64,000 nucleotides of DNA from a virus (lineage: Duplodnaviria; Caudoviricetes): the IMG/VR virus record IMGVR_UViG_3300033074_001674, positions 64,001-128,000 of that record, one strand, 5' to 3'. A model generated the notes under the pieces. It saw only the letters and a list, made by a program, of their open reading frames with translations. It was not told the DNA's origin and searched no databases. Below, in pieces: positions 34,874 to 44,462 of the stretch. The position numbers and the translations under genes were made by a program. Every line of letters starts with the position of its first letter. The first letter of the stretch is position 1.

Positions 34874-36693
34874 TATTGGCATTCTCCATTAAACGTTTTC
34901 CTATATTGTAACCATCCTCTAAAATTGCCACTCCAATCCATTTCGGTCATTTCATCTATAGCAAATGCTGGATGCTCCATAGGGGACCAATGACCATGGC
35001 CACTACCTGATAGTAGTCGTTGAAATAGCTCACAATCGGCTTTAATATTTCTTATTCCATCGTGTGTTAAATAAGAAACCCTCGCGCATCTAGCGGATGA
35101 AATCCCGGCCAAAAATTCTAATGCAGGTCGTTTTTCATAGAAATGTTTATCGCCTATAATTTGATAATTTTCTAATGCCTCAAAATCAGTAGTATCTTCT
35201 GGTCTAATATAAGGCAAATGAACATCACGCTCAACTGGAACAGATTTATTCTGAGCTTCTTTCATTAATCTTGCCAAATACGCTATTTCTGGCTGTGCAT
35301 CTTTATGGTCTCTCAGCGCAAAGAAATTAGACCATTCTGTAGCAGTACATATTACGGTATGCCATAACCATGGCTCAAGAACTCTATTTGTAATTTGCTT
35401 ATGTATTCCATTCGCTTTCATTAATAGCGCAGTAGCTACTGCATTATCCCTGCCTGCCAACCACGCTTCTTTGGCTTTTTCAATATCTTCTACTTGTTCT
35501 GATGCAGCCATGCCTTTCTGATTTTTCCCCCAATAGATAGGCATTGCCGGGTTATCTTGTGCCATCTTAATTGTTTTATCTATAGGGATGGCTCTAGATG
35601 ACGCAGAGTTTCGGGAAAACATTCTATGGGTCATGACCTCAGAATTGCCAGATATGTGAACAATGCCATTTCTTCTTACCATAATTAGCCCGGTAGAAAC
35701 AGTGCAACAATATATTTTTCCATCATAACTAACTAATTTAGCCTTATGCCTATCTTTTCTAATTAATGGTTCTGGTTGAGAAATGCATTGTCTAAATTTA
35801 AACATTATTCTATCATTAGATATATGTCTTCTTAGATTAAAGACCATTCCGTTTAATGCTGCGATTGCTTGTATCTGATTGGCCAACTCAGAGCTGCTAG
35901 TGTTATATTCCCAACTTTCGTTGACCAAATTCCCATCAGAATTCTTAAGACCATCAAATAATGCTAATATATATTTTGTTGAAACCTGTGTTAAAATATA
36001 AGGAATTCTTTTCTCCTTATCTTTGTTATAACAAAGCTTTAATGTTTCAATAATATGTTTTGTTTTAACATTTACTGTTCCATCAGCATAATTAACACAA
36101 GACCATTCCGCGTTTATTCTATCTAAAATACCACAGAGATAATCTATTTTTCTCTGCTTCTTTAAATGAAAGATGGCTTGATTACCAGAAATTGTTCCAT
36201 CTCCTATAAAAAATCCTAATAATTTCATTTCATCTTCAGACAGCCATGTATCCCCATACTTAGCGCAATATGCAGATTTCTTAAATCTTACATTGACTTG
36301 ATTGTTAAACCAGTCTTTGGCATAGATAATTGAATCTTTATTCCATCCATTTTGAGTCCTGTTTTTAACATATAAACGATGATTTGGAGTCACACTAAAT
36401 GATATTTGTTGTTCATCTAGTTCAATCATATCTCCATTATATGACTCATTAATCCATGAAACAGGCCTTTCCCAGAAAATTTTGTCGTGCTCTCTAGAAT
36501 AAGCAGCAACTTCATAATTTTTATCCTTAGCCTCAGAAAAAGATAAAAATTTAGGGCCGCTCTCTGTCCTGCACATTATTTCTGTTTTATCATCAAAACA
36601 ATGGATAAAACGTGGATATGTCAATTCCATAGTTATAAGACGTACACCATTGTATGGATTAAGTGAATCTAAAATTACTTCTGCTTTAAACAT
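34873..36693 (-). CDS. thyX: flavin-dependent thymidylate synthase, intein-containing
   Basis: After intein removal YPRFIH/SEVMTHRMFSRNSASSRAIP, HKQITNRVLEP, FFALR, AQPEI, SARCARVSY, HWSPMEH. Confidence 0.9.
   Translation of the reverse strand: MFKAEVILDSLNPYNGVRLITMELTYPRFIHCFDDKTEIMCRTESGPKFLSFSEAKDKNYEVAAYSREHDKIFWERPVSWINESYNGDMIELDEQQISFSVTPNHRLYVKNRTQNGWNKDSIIYAKDWFNNQVNVRFKKSAYCAKYGDTWLSEDEMKLLGFFIGDGTISGNQAIFHLKKQRKIDYLCGILDRINAEWSCVNYADGTVNVKTKHIIETLKLCYNKDKEKRIPYILTQVSTKYILALFDGLKNSDGNLVNESWEYNTSSSELANQIQAIAALNGMVFNLRRHISNDRIMFKFRQCISQPEPLIRKDRHKAKLVSYDGKIYCCTVSTGLIMVRRNGIVHISGNSEVMTHRMFSRNSASSRAIPIDKTIKMAQDNPAMPIYWGKNQKGMAASEQVEDIEKAKEAWLAGRDNAVATALLMKANGIHKQITNRVLEPWLWHTVICTATEWSNFFALRDHKDAQPEIAYLARLMKEAQNKSVPVERDVHLPYIRPEDTTDFEALENYQIIGDKHFYEKRPALEFLAGISSARCARVSYLTHDGIRNIKADCELFQRLLSGSGHGHWSPMEHPAFAIDEMTEMDWSGNFRGWLQYRKTFNGECQ
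35644..36600 (-). mobile_element. intein with LAGLIDADG domain (319 aa) in ThyX
   Basis: Starts CFDDKTEI, block B VTPNHRL, LLGFFIGDG, ends IYCCTVSTGLIMVRRNGIVHISGN before Ser. Confidence 0.92.
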
Positions 36694-37063
36694 TTAGTTT
36701 AGACTCCAAATATACTATTGCATTAATGTTAAACACAACAGCAGCCCAGTGGTCCTCGTCTTTTTCCCCAGACATTGCCTGAATAAAATGCCTCATAGCA
36801 GAGGCCTTAAATCTATCAAGTTCTTCTGCACTATTTGCTTTTTCCCAGTTCCGAGTGCCATATTTAACGGCCCCTCTAGTCAAAAGTGCTGCCCATCTAT
36901 AAAGAAGAGTCTCATTGTATGGTTGAGACTCTGGAAGGATTAAGTCAAATCTTGGCTTATTATCTTGAGTGTCTCTGACCATGCCAGATGAAAACTCTGC
37001 ACGTTTACCGCTATCTAGTGTTATCCAGCCAGAGCCATCATCAATTAAAACATCTTGTTCCAT
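36686..37063 (-). CDS. dATP/dGTP diphosphohydrolase domain protein (DUF5664)
   Basis: F.SG.VRD....KPRFDLI, GAVKYG.RNWEK, A.RH, EDH.AA..FN. Confidence 0.8.
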   Translation of the reverse strand: MEQDVLIDDGSGWITLDSGKRAEFSSGMVRDTQDNKPRFDLILPESQPYNETLLYRWAALLTRGAVKYGTRNWEKANSAEELDRFKASAMRHFIQAMSGEKDEDHWAAVVFNINAIVYLESKLNV

Positions 37064-37689
37064 TAATACAACTCCTCAAGTAAGTCATCCCATGAATGAA
37101 ATCTAAACATTCTACCATTATCGTAATGGTCCAACACACTTCTGTTGTACGGAGCATCCATTATATATACTGTTGTATTTGTATTTTTTGCTATATCTAG
37201 TATATGATGAGGCGCATCCTCTATAAAGACATCCACGCCATGCTTTAAGATTTCTTTAGATTTATCTCCTCCTCTACAAAATGTAATTTTATCATCTCTA
37301 ACGGGGCCAAAGTTCCTTTGTAGCCAGACTATTGTATCATCGTATGTATAATCTGGCCTGCTTGTAATAAAATGGTAATCGTGCTTATTAAGCAGTATTG
37401 GTACTGCCGATTTTGCCCCGCGCAGCGCAGGAAACTTTCTATAATATCCTTCTAGGCCAAATTCATCGAAATGCTTCCAAAAATCTCCCTCAGATAAACC
37501 TGTAAAACACTTCCACCAACTATAATCTGTTATGCGCTCTTTGGCTACTTTTTCGCCGGTCTTTTTAAAGAGATAATCATTAAATGGAGTTAAGAAATCT
37601 GCCAAAACACCATCTATATCATATCCTATTTTAAGTTGTGACGGCGGAGAAAATTTCGCGCAATTGTTCAACCGTAGCATCCCCTGCAT
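37063..37689 (-). CDS. HAD-family 5'(3')-deoxyribonucleotidase
   Basis: DIDGVLAD, ITSR, T..WL, K, FIED, PYN. Confidence 0.85.
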   Translation of the reverse strand: MQGMLRLNNCAKFSPPSQLKIGYDIDGVLADFLTPFNDYLFKKTGEKVAKERITDYSWWKCFTGLSEGDFWKHFDEFGLEGYYRKFPALRGAKSAVPILLNKHDYHFITSRPDYTYDDTIVWLQRNFGPVRDDKITFCRGGDKSKEILKHGVDVFIEDAPHHILDIAKNTNTTVYIMDAPYNRSVLDHYDNGRMFRFHSWDDLLEELY

Positions 37690-38623
37690 CCTTTACTGGT
37701 AGTTTAATTTGTTCAACAGAAAAGAAACTCGAAGCAGTTCTATTTGCGTTATCTGCTCCAGATTGTCCAGCAACATCACTATCAAATGCCACAAATAATT
37801 TATTGCATCCAGTAGTTAAAAGTTGTCCTATCTGTGCATTGTGCAGTTTCCTACCTAAAACTGCGACACAGTTTTCTATGCCTGCCTGTACTAACCTTAA
37901 AACATCAAACGGTCCCTCTACGAGTATTGCTGCATCGGCTTCTTGTATATGCTTCTTGGCTCGGTCTAAATTAAAAAGGAAGTTTGTTTTTACAAAACCC
38001 TTACTATCGCACCATTTAGGAATTCCTCTCACCTTCCAATCTTCAAATATTGTGCGACCTGAAAATCCGACTATGGCACCATCTATATCTCGAATAGGAA
38101 CAATTACCCTGTTCGACATGTATGAATAGCCATTCCCCACGAAACCAATGTGATAGGATTCTATCAATTCTCTTGGATATCCTCTTCCTTCTAAATATGT
38201 ATGATAAGTAAAATTTTGTAGCACGGCCTCATCATATTTAACGATTTGTTTTACTGACTCAGTAAAATTTTTATTTATCTGATTCTCTCTATACTGTGTT
38301 ATTTCTTTTGGGTCGATTTTATTACCCTCAAAAAGCTTCTCTAACATAGCTAGAGCTGCACCCTTTGAGCAATCTAAGATTCCGCAAATTAATCCATATA
38401 TATCTATGCCATGTTTTTCATGGCATCCCTTTGAGAAACACTTCCAAATTCCTGCCTCGATATGCCAAGAAAATGCATCCGCCCTATCTCCATTATGTAC
38501 AGGACATGGACCATTTATATATTTATATCTCTCAGTATAAGTTATTCCTAAAGCATCGAAAATAACAGTTGGATATTTATTTGCCAATAACTTGTACTCA
38601 AGGAACTTATTCCTCACGGACAT
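37631..38623 (-). CDS. dnaG: DNA primase (zinc finger + TOPRIM)
   Basis: CPVHNGD..WKCF..C, YLEGRG, RVIVPI, GFSGR, VEGPFD, FDSDVAG, KDAGD. Confidence 0.92.
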   Translation of the reverse strand: MSVRNKFLEYKLLANKYPTVIFDALGITYTERYKYINGPCPVHNGDRADAFSWHIEAGIWKCFSKGCHEKHGIDIYGLICGILDCSKGAALAMLEKLFEGNKIDPKEITQYRENQINKNFTESVKQIVKYDEAVLQNFTYHTYLEGRGYPRELIESYHIGFVGNGYSYMSNRVIVPIRDIDGAIVGFSGRTIFEDWKVRGIPKWCDSKGFVKTNFLFNLDRAKKHIQEADAAILVEGPFDVLRLVQAGIENCVAVLGRKLHNAQIGQLLTTGCNKLFVAFDSDVAGQSGADNANRTASSFFSVEQIKLPVKDAGDATVEQLREIFSAVTT

Positions 38624-40034
38624 CTGATAGCCTCGCTATTCTTGCAGACCCTTCGTCATATAAATCCCTTACAATTTTGACGGTCGTGACAACATCTGTG
38701 CTTCTTTTATCTTCTTTAAACTGACCGCATGACTTGTCAAAAAATAGATTTACCCACTCATTAAAAGAGTGCCCTGGTCCATGTCTGCAGTATTTAACTT
38801 CCAGTACGTGAGTACCTCTATCTGGACCATCCTCTTCCATTTCTTCTCTTTTCTTTGGCCTAAGAATAGTGGCTGAATCCACGTTCTCTACAATCCTTCT
38901 GATTCCTATATCTTCTTGTTTATTCAATTGTCCAAGAGCTATAATAGGGATATTGTGTTTTGCGGCGCAGTCGTGCAACTGCGAAAGCAATATGCCTATC
39001 AACTGATATTCTTGTACGTTCTTTGACAAATCTCCAAGGTCCATTAGTTTGATATAATCATACACAACCAAACCTTTTGGCTTATCTCCAATGACTTTGC
39101 CACCCAAATATTGATAGACAAACTTTCTAATCGTAGGTATTACTCCATGCACAGATAATCCTGCTATGTTTTTATAATATAGCGGGGCTCCCTTTACTAT
39201 GCTAAAGGCTTCTTTTAATCTATCTATCATAGCCCTAGAATTTTTCCATTCGCCGCTTTCTATAACGTTGTAAGGTATTCCAGTTATAATGCCACATAAC
39301 CTCATCTGCTGTTGTCTTGGCTGAAGTTCTGTATCTAAATACAGAGATGGCAATCTCTGTATAATCGCCGTTCTGAACGCCGCGTGCATTGACAATTGAC
39401 TCTTACCTACCTTGGTAGAGGCAAAAATGCCAGTAATCGCACCGTTCCTTATATGACCTATATCTTCTTGCCAAAGCGGCAGCCCGATATCAATTCCAAA
39501 ATCACCAGCATGATTCGCATATTCGTTAATCGTCTGTTCGAAATCATCTGACAAAGATATGATATCTTTCTCTCCAGCATCTATCCTGTCTAATGTGCCA
39601 ACAATTGAATTTTCCACCATATCACGAAGCTCGATTGGCGAGCCAGTATGATTCTCTATTTCGTCCTTTATATCATCACATTTAGATATTAAACTTCTTT
39701 TGATAGAAGCACATTTAATATCGGCAGCATATTTGTCTAAATTTGCCGGATTTGGCCTGTTAAGTACAATGGCACTTACAAATTCCCCATTCAATGTATG
39801 GCGAAGGAAATCTTGAACACCTATTCTTTCTGCTTCTGCCATAATCACATGGGTATCTATCACATCTCTATCGCCAGATGTGATTAGCCCCTTGATTACT
39901 CCAAATACTAGAGACGCGGCAAGACTTGAAAAATCTCCCTCATCGATTATATCATTAACAGTGAAATATTTATCTGGGTGATGACATAGGATTGATAATA
40001 ATGACCTCTCAGCCCCGAATGTTTCTAAGCTCAT
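38607..40034 (-). CDS. dnaB: replicative DNA helicase
   Basis: AERSLL N-terminus, Walker A ASTKVGKS, LDTE, VYDYIKL, GQLN. Confidence 0.88.
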   Translation of the reverse strand: MSLETFGAERSLLSILCHHPDKYFTVNDIIDEGDFSSLAASLVFGVIKGLITSGDRDVIDTHVIMAEAERIGVQDFLRHTLNGEFVSAIVLNRPNPANLDKYAADIKCASIKRSLISKCDDIKDEIENHTGSPIELRDMVENSIVGTLDRIDAGEKDIISLSDDFEQTINEYANHAGDFGIDIGLPLWQEDIGHIRNGAITGIFASTKVGKSQLSMHAAFRTAIIQRLPSLYLDTELQPRQQQMRLCGIITGIPYNVIESGEWKNSRAMIDRLKEAFSIVKGAPLYYKNIAGLSVHGVIPTIRKFVYQYLGGKVIGDKPKGLVVYDYIKLMDLGDLSKNVQEYQLIGILLSQLHDCAAKHNIPIIALGQLNKQEDIGIRRIVENVDSATILRPKKREEMEEDGPDRGTHVLEVKYCRHGPGHSFNEWVNLFFDKSCGQFKEDKRSTDVVTTVKIVRDLYDEGSARIARLSDVREE

Positions 40035-40386
40035 ATGATTTCCTTATTTGTTTATCGTAGATTTTACGCATTACATCTATTTTGTTTTTAATTCCTTCAA
40101 TTACTGGTCTAAGTATGGCTATTTTTGATTTCTCCATCTTAAGTAAATCTTGGTCTATTTGCGCTCCAGACCTTAACTCATCAAGTAGATAACTAATTCT
40201 GCCAGAAATTAGTCCTTCTTGATATTTTAAGAACATATAGTAATTAGAAAGGACTAGAATTGGCTTATCATAATCTACATCTTCTTCAGATTCAAAATCT
40301 GAATTAAGCATCTCAATAATTATTTCAGGCTGAGGTCTTTTAATCTCACCGAATTTTAGCTCATCAATCCAATCTTTAATGCTCAT
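40009..40386 (-). CDS. hypothetical protein
   Basis: ORF with coiled-coil C-terminus, between endonuclease and helicase. Confidence 0.6.
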   Translation of the reverse strand: MSIKDWIDELKFGEIKRPQPEIIIEMLNSDFESEEDVDYDKPILVLSNYYMFLKYQEGLISGRISYLLDELRSGAQIDQDLLKMEKSKIAILRPVIEGIKNKIDVMRKIYDKQIRKSYELRNIRG

Positions 40387-40784
40387 CTGGATAACTTTCT
40401 GATTATTTCAGAATCATCGTCATTATATTCTATGCAAATTAATTTAATACAATTCAGTTTGCACCATTCAATTTTTCTAGTGTCTCTCATGAGAGAATTT
40501 TTGAATGCTTCCTTGGAACCATGAAAAAAATCACTATATGACGAATGCTGTACTCCATTTGCTTCTACAGCCAATTGTCGCATTGGTAGATAGAAATCTA
40601 TATAAAGACCTTCTCCTGGAACATAAAAGTCTTCTAAGATATTATCTCTTGGATAGAGAGACTTAACTTTTTGTCCTATGCGCCATTGAAACTTGCTTTT
40701 ACAATTATTTTCATCTTTTACAGGATACTTTGAAGGCCTAATATCAATAGAATATATTCTACCATTTAAACCTTTAAATTTCAT
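40383..40784 (-). CDS. Vsr/DUF559-like endonuclease
   Basis: SKFQ, IDFYLP...AVEANGVQH, RD..K..WC..N.I.L. Confidence 0.75.
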   Translation of the reverse strand: MKFKGLNGRIYSIDIRPSKYPVKDENNCKSKFQWRIGQKVKSLYPRDNILEDFYVPGEGLYIDFYLPMRQLAVEANGVQHSSYSDFFHGSKEAFKNSLMRDTRKIEWCKLNCIKLICIEYNDDDSEIIRKLSR

Positions 40785-41794
40785 CCTTTTATGCCATTAA
40801 TCTTAGATATTAGTTTATTTCTAAGTTCTAAATCAGAAGACAGCAATTCTTTCAATTCATCCGGTCTCATCTTTTTGCCCTCTGTTCCATCGTCGTTTGG
40901 AATGTTGACCCAACCACCATTTTTAACTACAAAGCCCAACTCTTGTGCAAAATCCATTAACTCTGAATCAGAATCAATGCCCTTACCATAGATAATTGGA
41001 AAGAAAACTTCTATATATGGCGCATTTACATTATTTTTAACTATTGTAGCTCGAACATTTTGTCCAATCTTTTTATCGCCAACTTTGATTGCATCCCCCG
41101 CAAGAGCAGCCAATTGAATTCTCTGGGCAGCACGATTTTTAATCGCGTTTCCTCCATGAGTTGTATCTTTCTGTCCATACATGGCCATTGTTGCTGTAAG
41201 GTGGTTAAGGAAAATTAACAAACACTTATTCCTTGCTGCAATTCCAGTAATTTTTCTTACAAGCTTGTGAAGGATTCTTGGAACAACTGCCATTCCAACA
41301 TTCGAGTAATCTTGAGCATCTTCCACTTCTGGAAGAAGTCCTCCAATTGAGTCTAAAACAATAACACATCCTGGAAAATCTGTAACTATTTTTTGCATCA
41401 TATTTAAGCAATCTTCGGCGGTATCTGGATAGATAATGTTGAACTTATCCCTAATGAAGTTCTTAATCATTTTAATTTGTGCTTCGCGCAGCTTAAACTC
41501 TAGGTCAAAATAAAACACATCTTTATCCATTGCCATAGCATTGCTACAAATACTAAGCGCCAATGTTGTTTTTCCGACACCTGCTGGAGCAAATATCTCA
41601 ACCATTGACCCCTCAAGACATGGAAGCCCAAGCGCCCAATCTAACTTGATTGAACCAGTAGAAATTGCTTTATAATCAGAATCTTTAAAATCAACACCCC
41701 TTTTTATTTTGCTTCCAAGCTGTTTCTGCAATTCGTCTGCTGACATCCCAACGATATCATCTACTTCTTCTGATGCACTTTTCTTTCTAGCCAT
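40781..41794 (-). CDS. recA: RecA/UvsX recombinase
   Basis: ISTGSIKLDWALG, VEIFAPAGVGKTTLAL, VLDSIG, FLNH, GGNAIK, IVKN. Confidence 0.93.
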   Translation of the reverse strand: MARKKSASEEVDDIVGMSADELQKQLGSKIKRGVDFKDSDYKAISTGSIKLDWALGLPCLEGSMVEIFAPAGVGKTTLALSICSNAMAMDKDVFYFDLEFKLREAQIKMIKNFIRDKFNIIYPDTAEDCLNMMQKIVTDFPGCVIVLDSIGGLLPEVEDAQDYSNVGMAVVPRILHKLVRKITGIAARNKCLLIFLNHLTATMAMYGQKDTTHGGNAIKNRAAQRIQLAALAGDAIKVGDKKIGQNVRATIVKNNVNAPYIEVFFPIIYGKGIDSDSELMDFAQELGFVVKNGGWVNIPNDDGTEGKKMRPDELKELLSSDLELRNKLISKINGIKG

Positions 41795-42218
41795 TTATCA
41801 TCCTATCCAGTTTAGTGAAGAGAGATTCTTTTGCGGCCGGAATCTCCGTGCGCAAATCCTCTATATTGTTATTTATCTTGACTTCGTGCTTAGATGTATC
41901 TTTTGGTTTCCTAAGACGTTCTAATGACGCTATATCGTTCTGTATATAGAACTCCGCAGAAGCATAATCGCTCATCGATGTTAATTTCTTATTGTCCAAT
42001 ATAGCGCGAACAACTGGACCTTCGCCATATTTTTTAATGAACTTTGATACAGATTTTATCTCTGCCGCAAACTTGAATTTATATTTTGGGAGTTTCCAGA
42101 ATTCACTAGGCAAATTGAATCCGAACTGTCTAATACATAATGTTTCTGCGAGCCAAGCTCTTAGTTGCATTACATGTGAAGGAGTTGTCCTTGACATAAG
42201 TGGTATCTTCTTTGCCAT
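41787..42218 (-). CDS. hypothetical protein
   Basis: ORF upstream of recA, coupled to it. Confidence 0.65.
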   Translation of the reverse strand: MAKKIPLMSRTTPSHVMQLRAWLAETLCIRQFGFNLPSEFWKLPKYKFKFAAEIKSVSKFIKKYGEGPVVRAILDNKKLTSMSDYASAEFYIQNDIASLERLRKPKDTSKHEVKINNNIEDLRTEIPAAKESLFTKLDRMING

Positions 42219-42349
42219 CTATCTGTACTCAGTGCTTTCTAGTCTTGGATGTTTTGGTCTTAACCGTAAAACCTTTCACTACCCAGGTACATGTACAGCA
42301 GTTAAAATGGCCATATAAATTACTTTTGGAATGTGCTTAACTTTTACGT

Positions 42350-42673
42350 TTAGCCAATTCTAATATACCTAATAGTGTTATCAATCTTACACTTAGCGAA
42401 ATCTCCATCATTATGACAGTGATTTCTTACAGCATCTAATTTTGCCAATGTAATATCTCTTGGCTCATTTGTTTTAATGGCCATTTTCCTAATTCTAGAG
42501 AGCGTTATTTTAACTCTCTCATCCCATGAAATATCTGATGCTAATCTACTTGGGGCGAATTGGATTAACTTAATTTCTGGTTCATTTGCGAGGGCAGCCT
42601 GCCCATCTTCCGCAGCTTTTTTGATGGCCTTAATCGCTGCAGTTTTATCTCCTCATTTACGCTTAATCTTCAT
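42350..42673 (-). CDS. unannotated 107-codon ORF with one in-frame UGA (codon 7); possible selenoprotein/readthrough, or pseudogene
   Basis: ATG AAG ATT AAG CGT AAA TGA GGA GAT... continues open for 100 more sense codons and fills the gap; the ATG overlaps the upstream gene end. Confidence 0.5.
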
Positions 42674-44462
42674 GTGACTGACAGTTTCCATATTGAGTAT
42701 TTGTAGAACCAGGAGCTCCGCCTCCACAGGCAGGAATAGTAACACTATCTGGTTGACAGCAAGGTGCTTCAAGTTGAATTTCAGAACATGCTGTGGCACA
42801 GTCAAGACTAGGAAGAGGAGAGAACACCACAGGGCATGGGTCAACTACATATGTGCTAGGAGGTGCAGGAATGCCGGCTTGACCTTGCAGTCTTGGCTCA
42901 AGCACTCCCAACGGACAATCACAAGCGGCCAATGCTGCATTAATTTGCTGAACAAGCATATGGATTATTTTTTCCATTCGTAAAGTTAGGTTAATTTCTA
43001 ACTTTGCAATGTTATTGCCCAAACTAAGTATGCCCGCATCTGTATAAGCTGCAAGCTCAGCTATTTCGGTATTTAAGCAATCAATAGCATCCTTAACCTC
43101 ATCAAAATTAGCTGCGGCAGCAGTAGCAAATGATGATGTGAATGTTGTTATAGAAGTACATGTATTAGCTAGACTGGTAGCTATTTGGATGTCATTGTTG
43201 ACGAGTTTCAAAAAGTGCGCACCAACAAGCTCACACTCATCAATCTGCACGGCTGGCACCCATTTACCTCTTTCGCCTGCATCTGGAGTATTTACAGCAA
43301 TACCAATTGTGTTTCCTCCCAAAGTCCCAGCACACACATCTTGGTCTGCATCCATAAAAATCATTTTGCCGGCGAAAAATTTATTATTGGATGGCTTGCA
43401 ACATACATCTAGTTCTGATGCTTTCTTATAAAAGAAAATAGGACCATCTAGTCCTTTTTCTTTGTGAAAGTGTGCATCAGTCCTAATATCTAGATTATCA
43501 CTAGAGCCGGTAATCTCATTTCCTAATGTATTTTCATCTCCTTTGACATGAAACGTGTCATCAGTAGCATTAGTGTGTGGCACTATAAAAACGCTACTTA
43601 GCTTAGCTGCACCATTTTCAGATTCATCGAATAGTTTAGTATCCAAATGAATCATTAGCTGTCCTGTTTTAATCCCCTCTTTTGTACCATCAGTCCCAGC
43701 TAAATCTTTTGGTTGTCGCACCCAAAATACATCTTCTAGTTTTCCACGTAAAAAAGGATAACCCTTATCCGTATCGTTGTTTGTTCCAAACACCCATGTT
43801 CCAAGTTCAGAATCGTAATGGTCCTCTATAAGTTCATTATATGCAGTCCATGAGCCTTTTCTATAATCCCACCTAAATTCTATAGGACCATTTTTCCATG
43901 TCTCTCTAGCCAACTTGTGCTCATCGTCGTTTTTCCGCGGGTCTTGAGGATTTGGGTCAGTCGGTAATCCGTCTATTGTTCTGCCCCATCCACCTGCTAT
44001 AGATGGTATTCTAAATCCTATTCCTCTTACCTCAGAAATATCGCCGTATTTTTCTGTAGCCTCACTAGCGGCGTTTAGCTTATCTTTGCTAGCTAAGTAG
44101 TGGATTTGTTGAATATCTCCTGGCAATAGCTTCCATATATTATTATCTGAGATTGTGAATGAGCCATCCTTATAAATCCCTCCAAGCCTCATTTCGTTTT
44201 CTGACTGTTGGAGTTTAATGCCATTTATTAAGGCAAAACCTGTATCTAATGAAGCGCTATAATTTCTTGTCCATTCAATATCTGATTTAATACCTAATGC
44301 AGGAGATTGATTAGATATAAAAAATGGGGGGCCAGAGGTTGGTTTTTTACCATTCACCTCTGGCAAGGATGGTTTAACCTGGGCGCCAGTAAAAGTAAAA
44401 GATAGTACGCTAGCCGGAGGCTTTGGAACTACTACGTCATTATCTATTGGATAATCAGCCAA
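42663..44462 (-). CDS. putative tail tip/virion protein with coiled coil and Cys-rich C-terminus
   Basis: Last large gene of the tail module; likely TTG start at 44462 with GGAGG SD; WKNGPIEFRWD motif, heptad region, many Cys. Confidence 0.6.
   Translation of the reverse strand: MADYPIDNDVVVPKPPASVLSFTFTGAQVKPSLPEVNGKKPTSGPPFFISNQSPALGIKSDIEWTRNYSASLDTGFALINGIKLQQSENEMRLGGIYKDGSFTISDNNIWKLLPGDIQQIHYLASKDKLNAASEATEKYGDISEVRGIGFRIPSIAGGWGRTIDGLPTDPNPQDPRKNDDEHKLARETWKNGPIEFRWDYRKGSWTAYNELIEDHYDSELGTWVFGTNNDTDKGYPFLRGKLEDVFWVRQPKDLAGTDGTKEGIKTGQLMIHLDTKLFDESENGAAKLSSVFIVPHTNATDDTFHVKGDENTLGNEITGSSDNLDIRTDAHFHKEKGLDGPIFFYKKASELDVCCKPSNNKFFAGKMIFMDADQDVCAGTLGGNTIGIAVNTPDAGERGKWVPAVQIDECELVGAHFLKLVNNDIQIATSLANTCTSITTFTSSFATAAAANFDEVKDAIDCLNTEIAELAAYTDAGILSLGNNIAKLEINLTLRMEKIIHMLVQQINAALAACDCPLGVLEPRLQGQAGIPAPPSTYVVDPCPVVFSPLPSLDCATACSEIQLEAPCCQPDSVTIPACGGGAPGSTNTQYGNCQSHED

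Noticed and set aside
37631-37689. Primase-nucleotidase frameshift fusion suggested by a long overlap
   Set aside because: In-frame ATG/TTG starts exist within the overlap and there is no convincing slippery site
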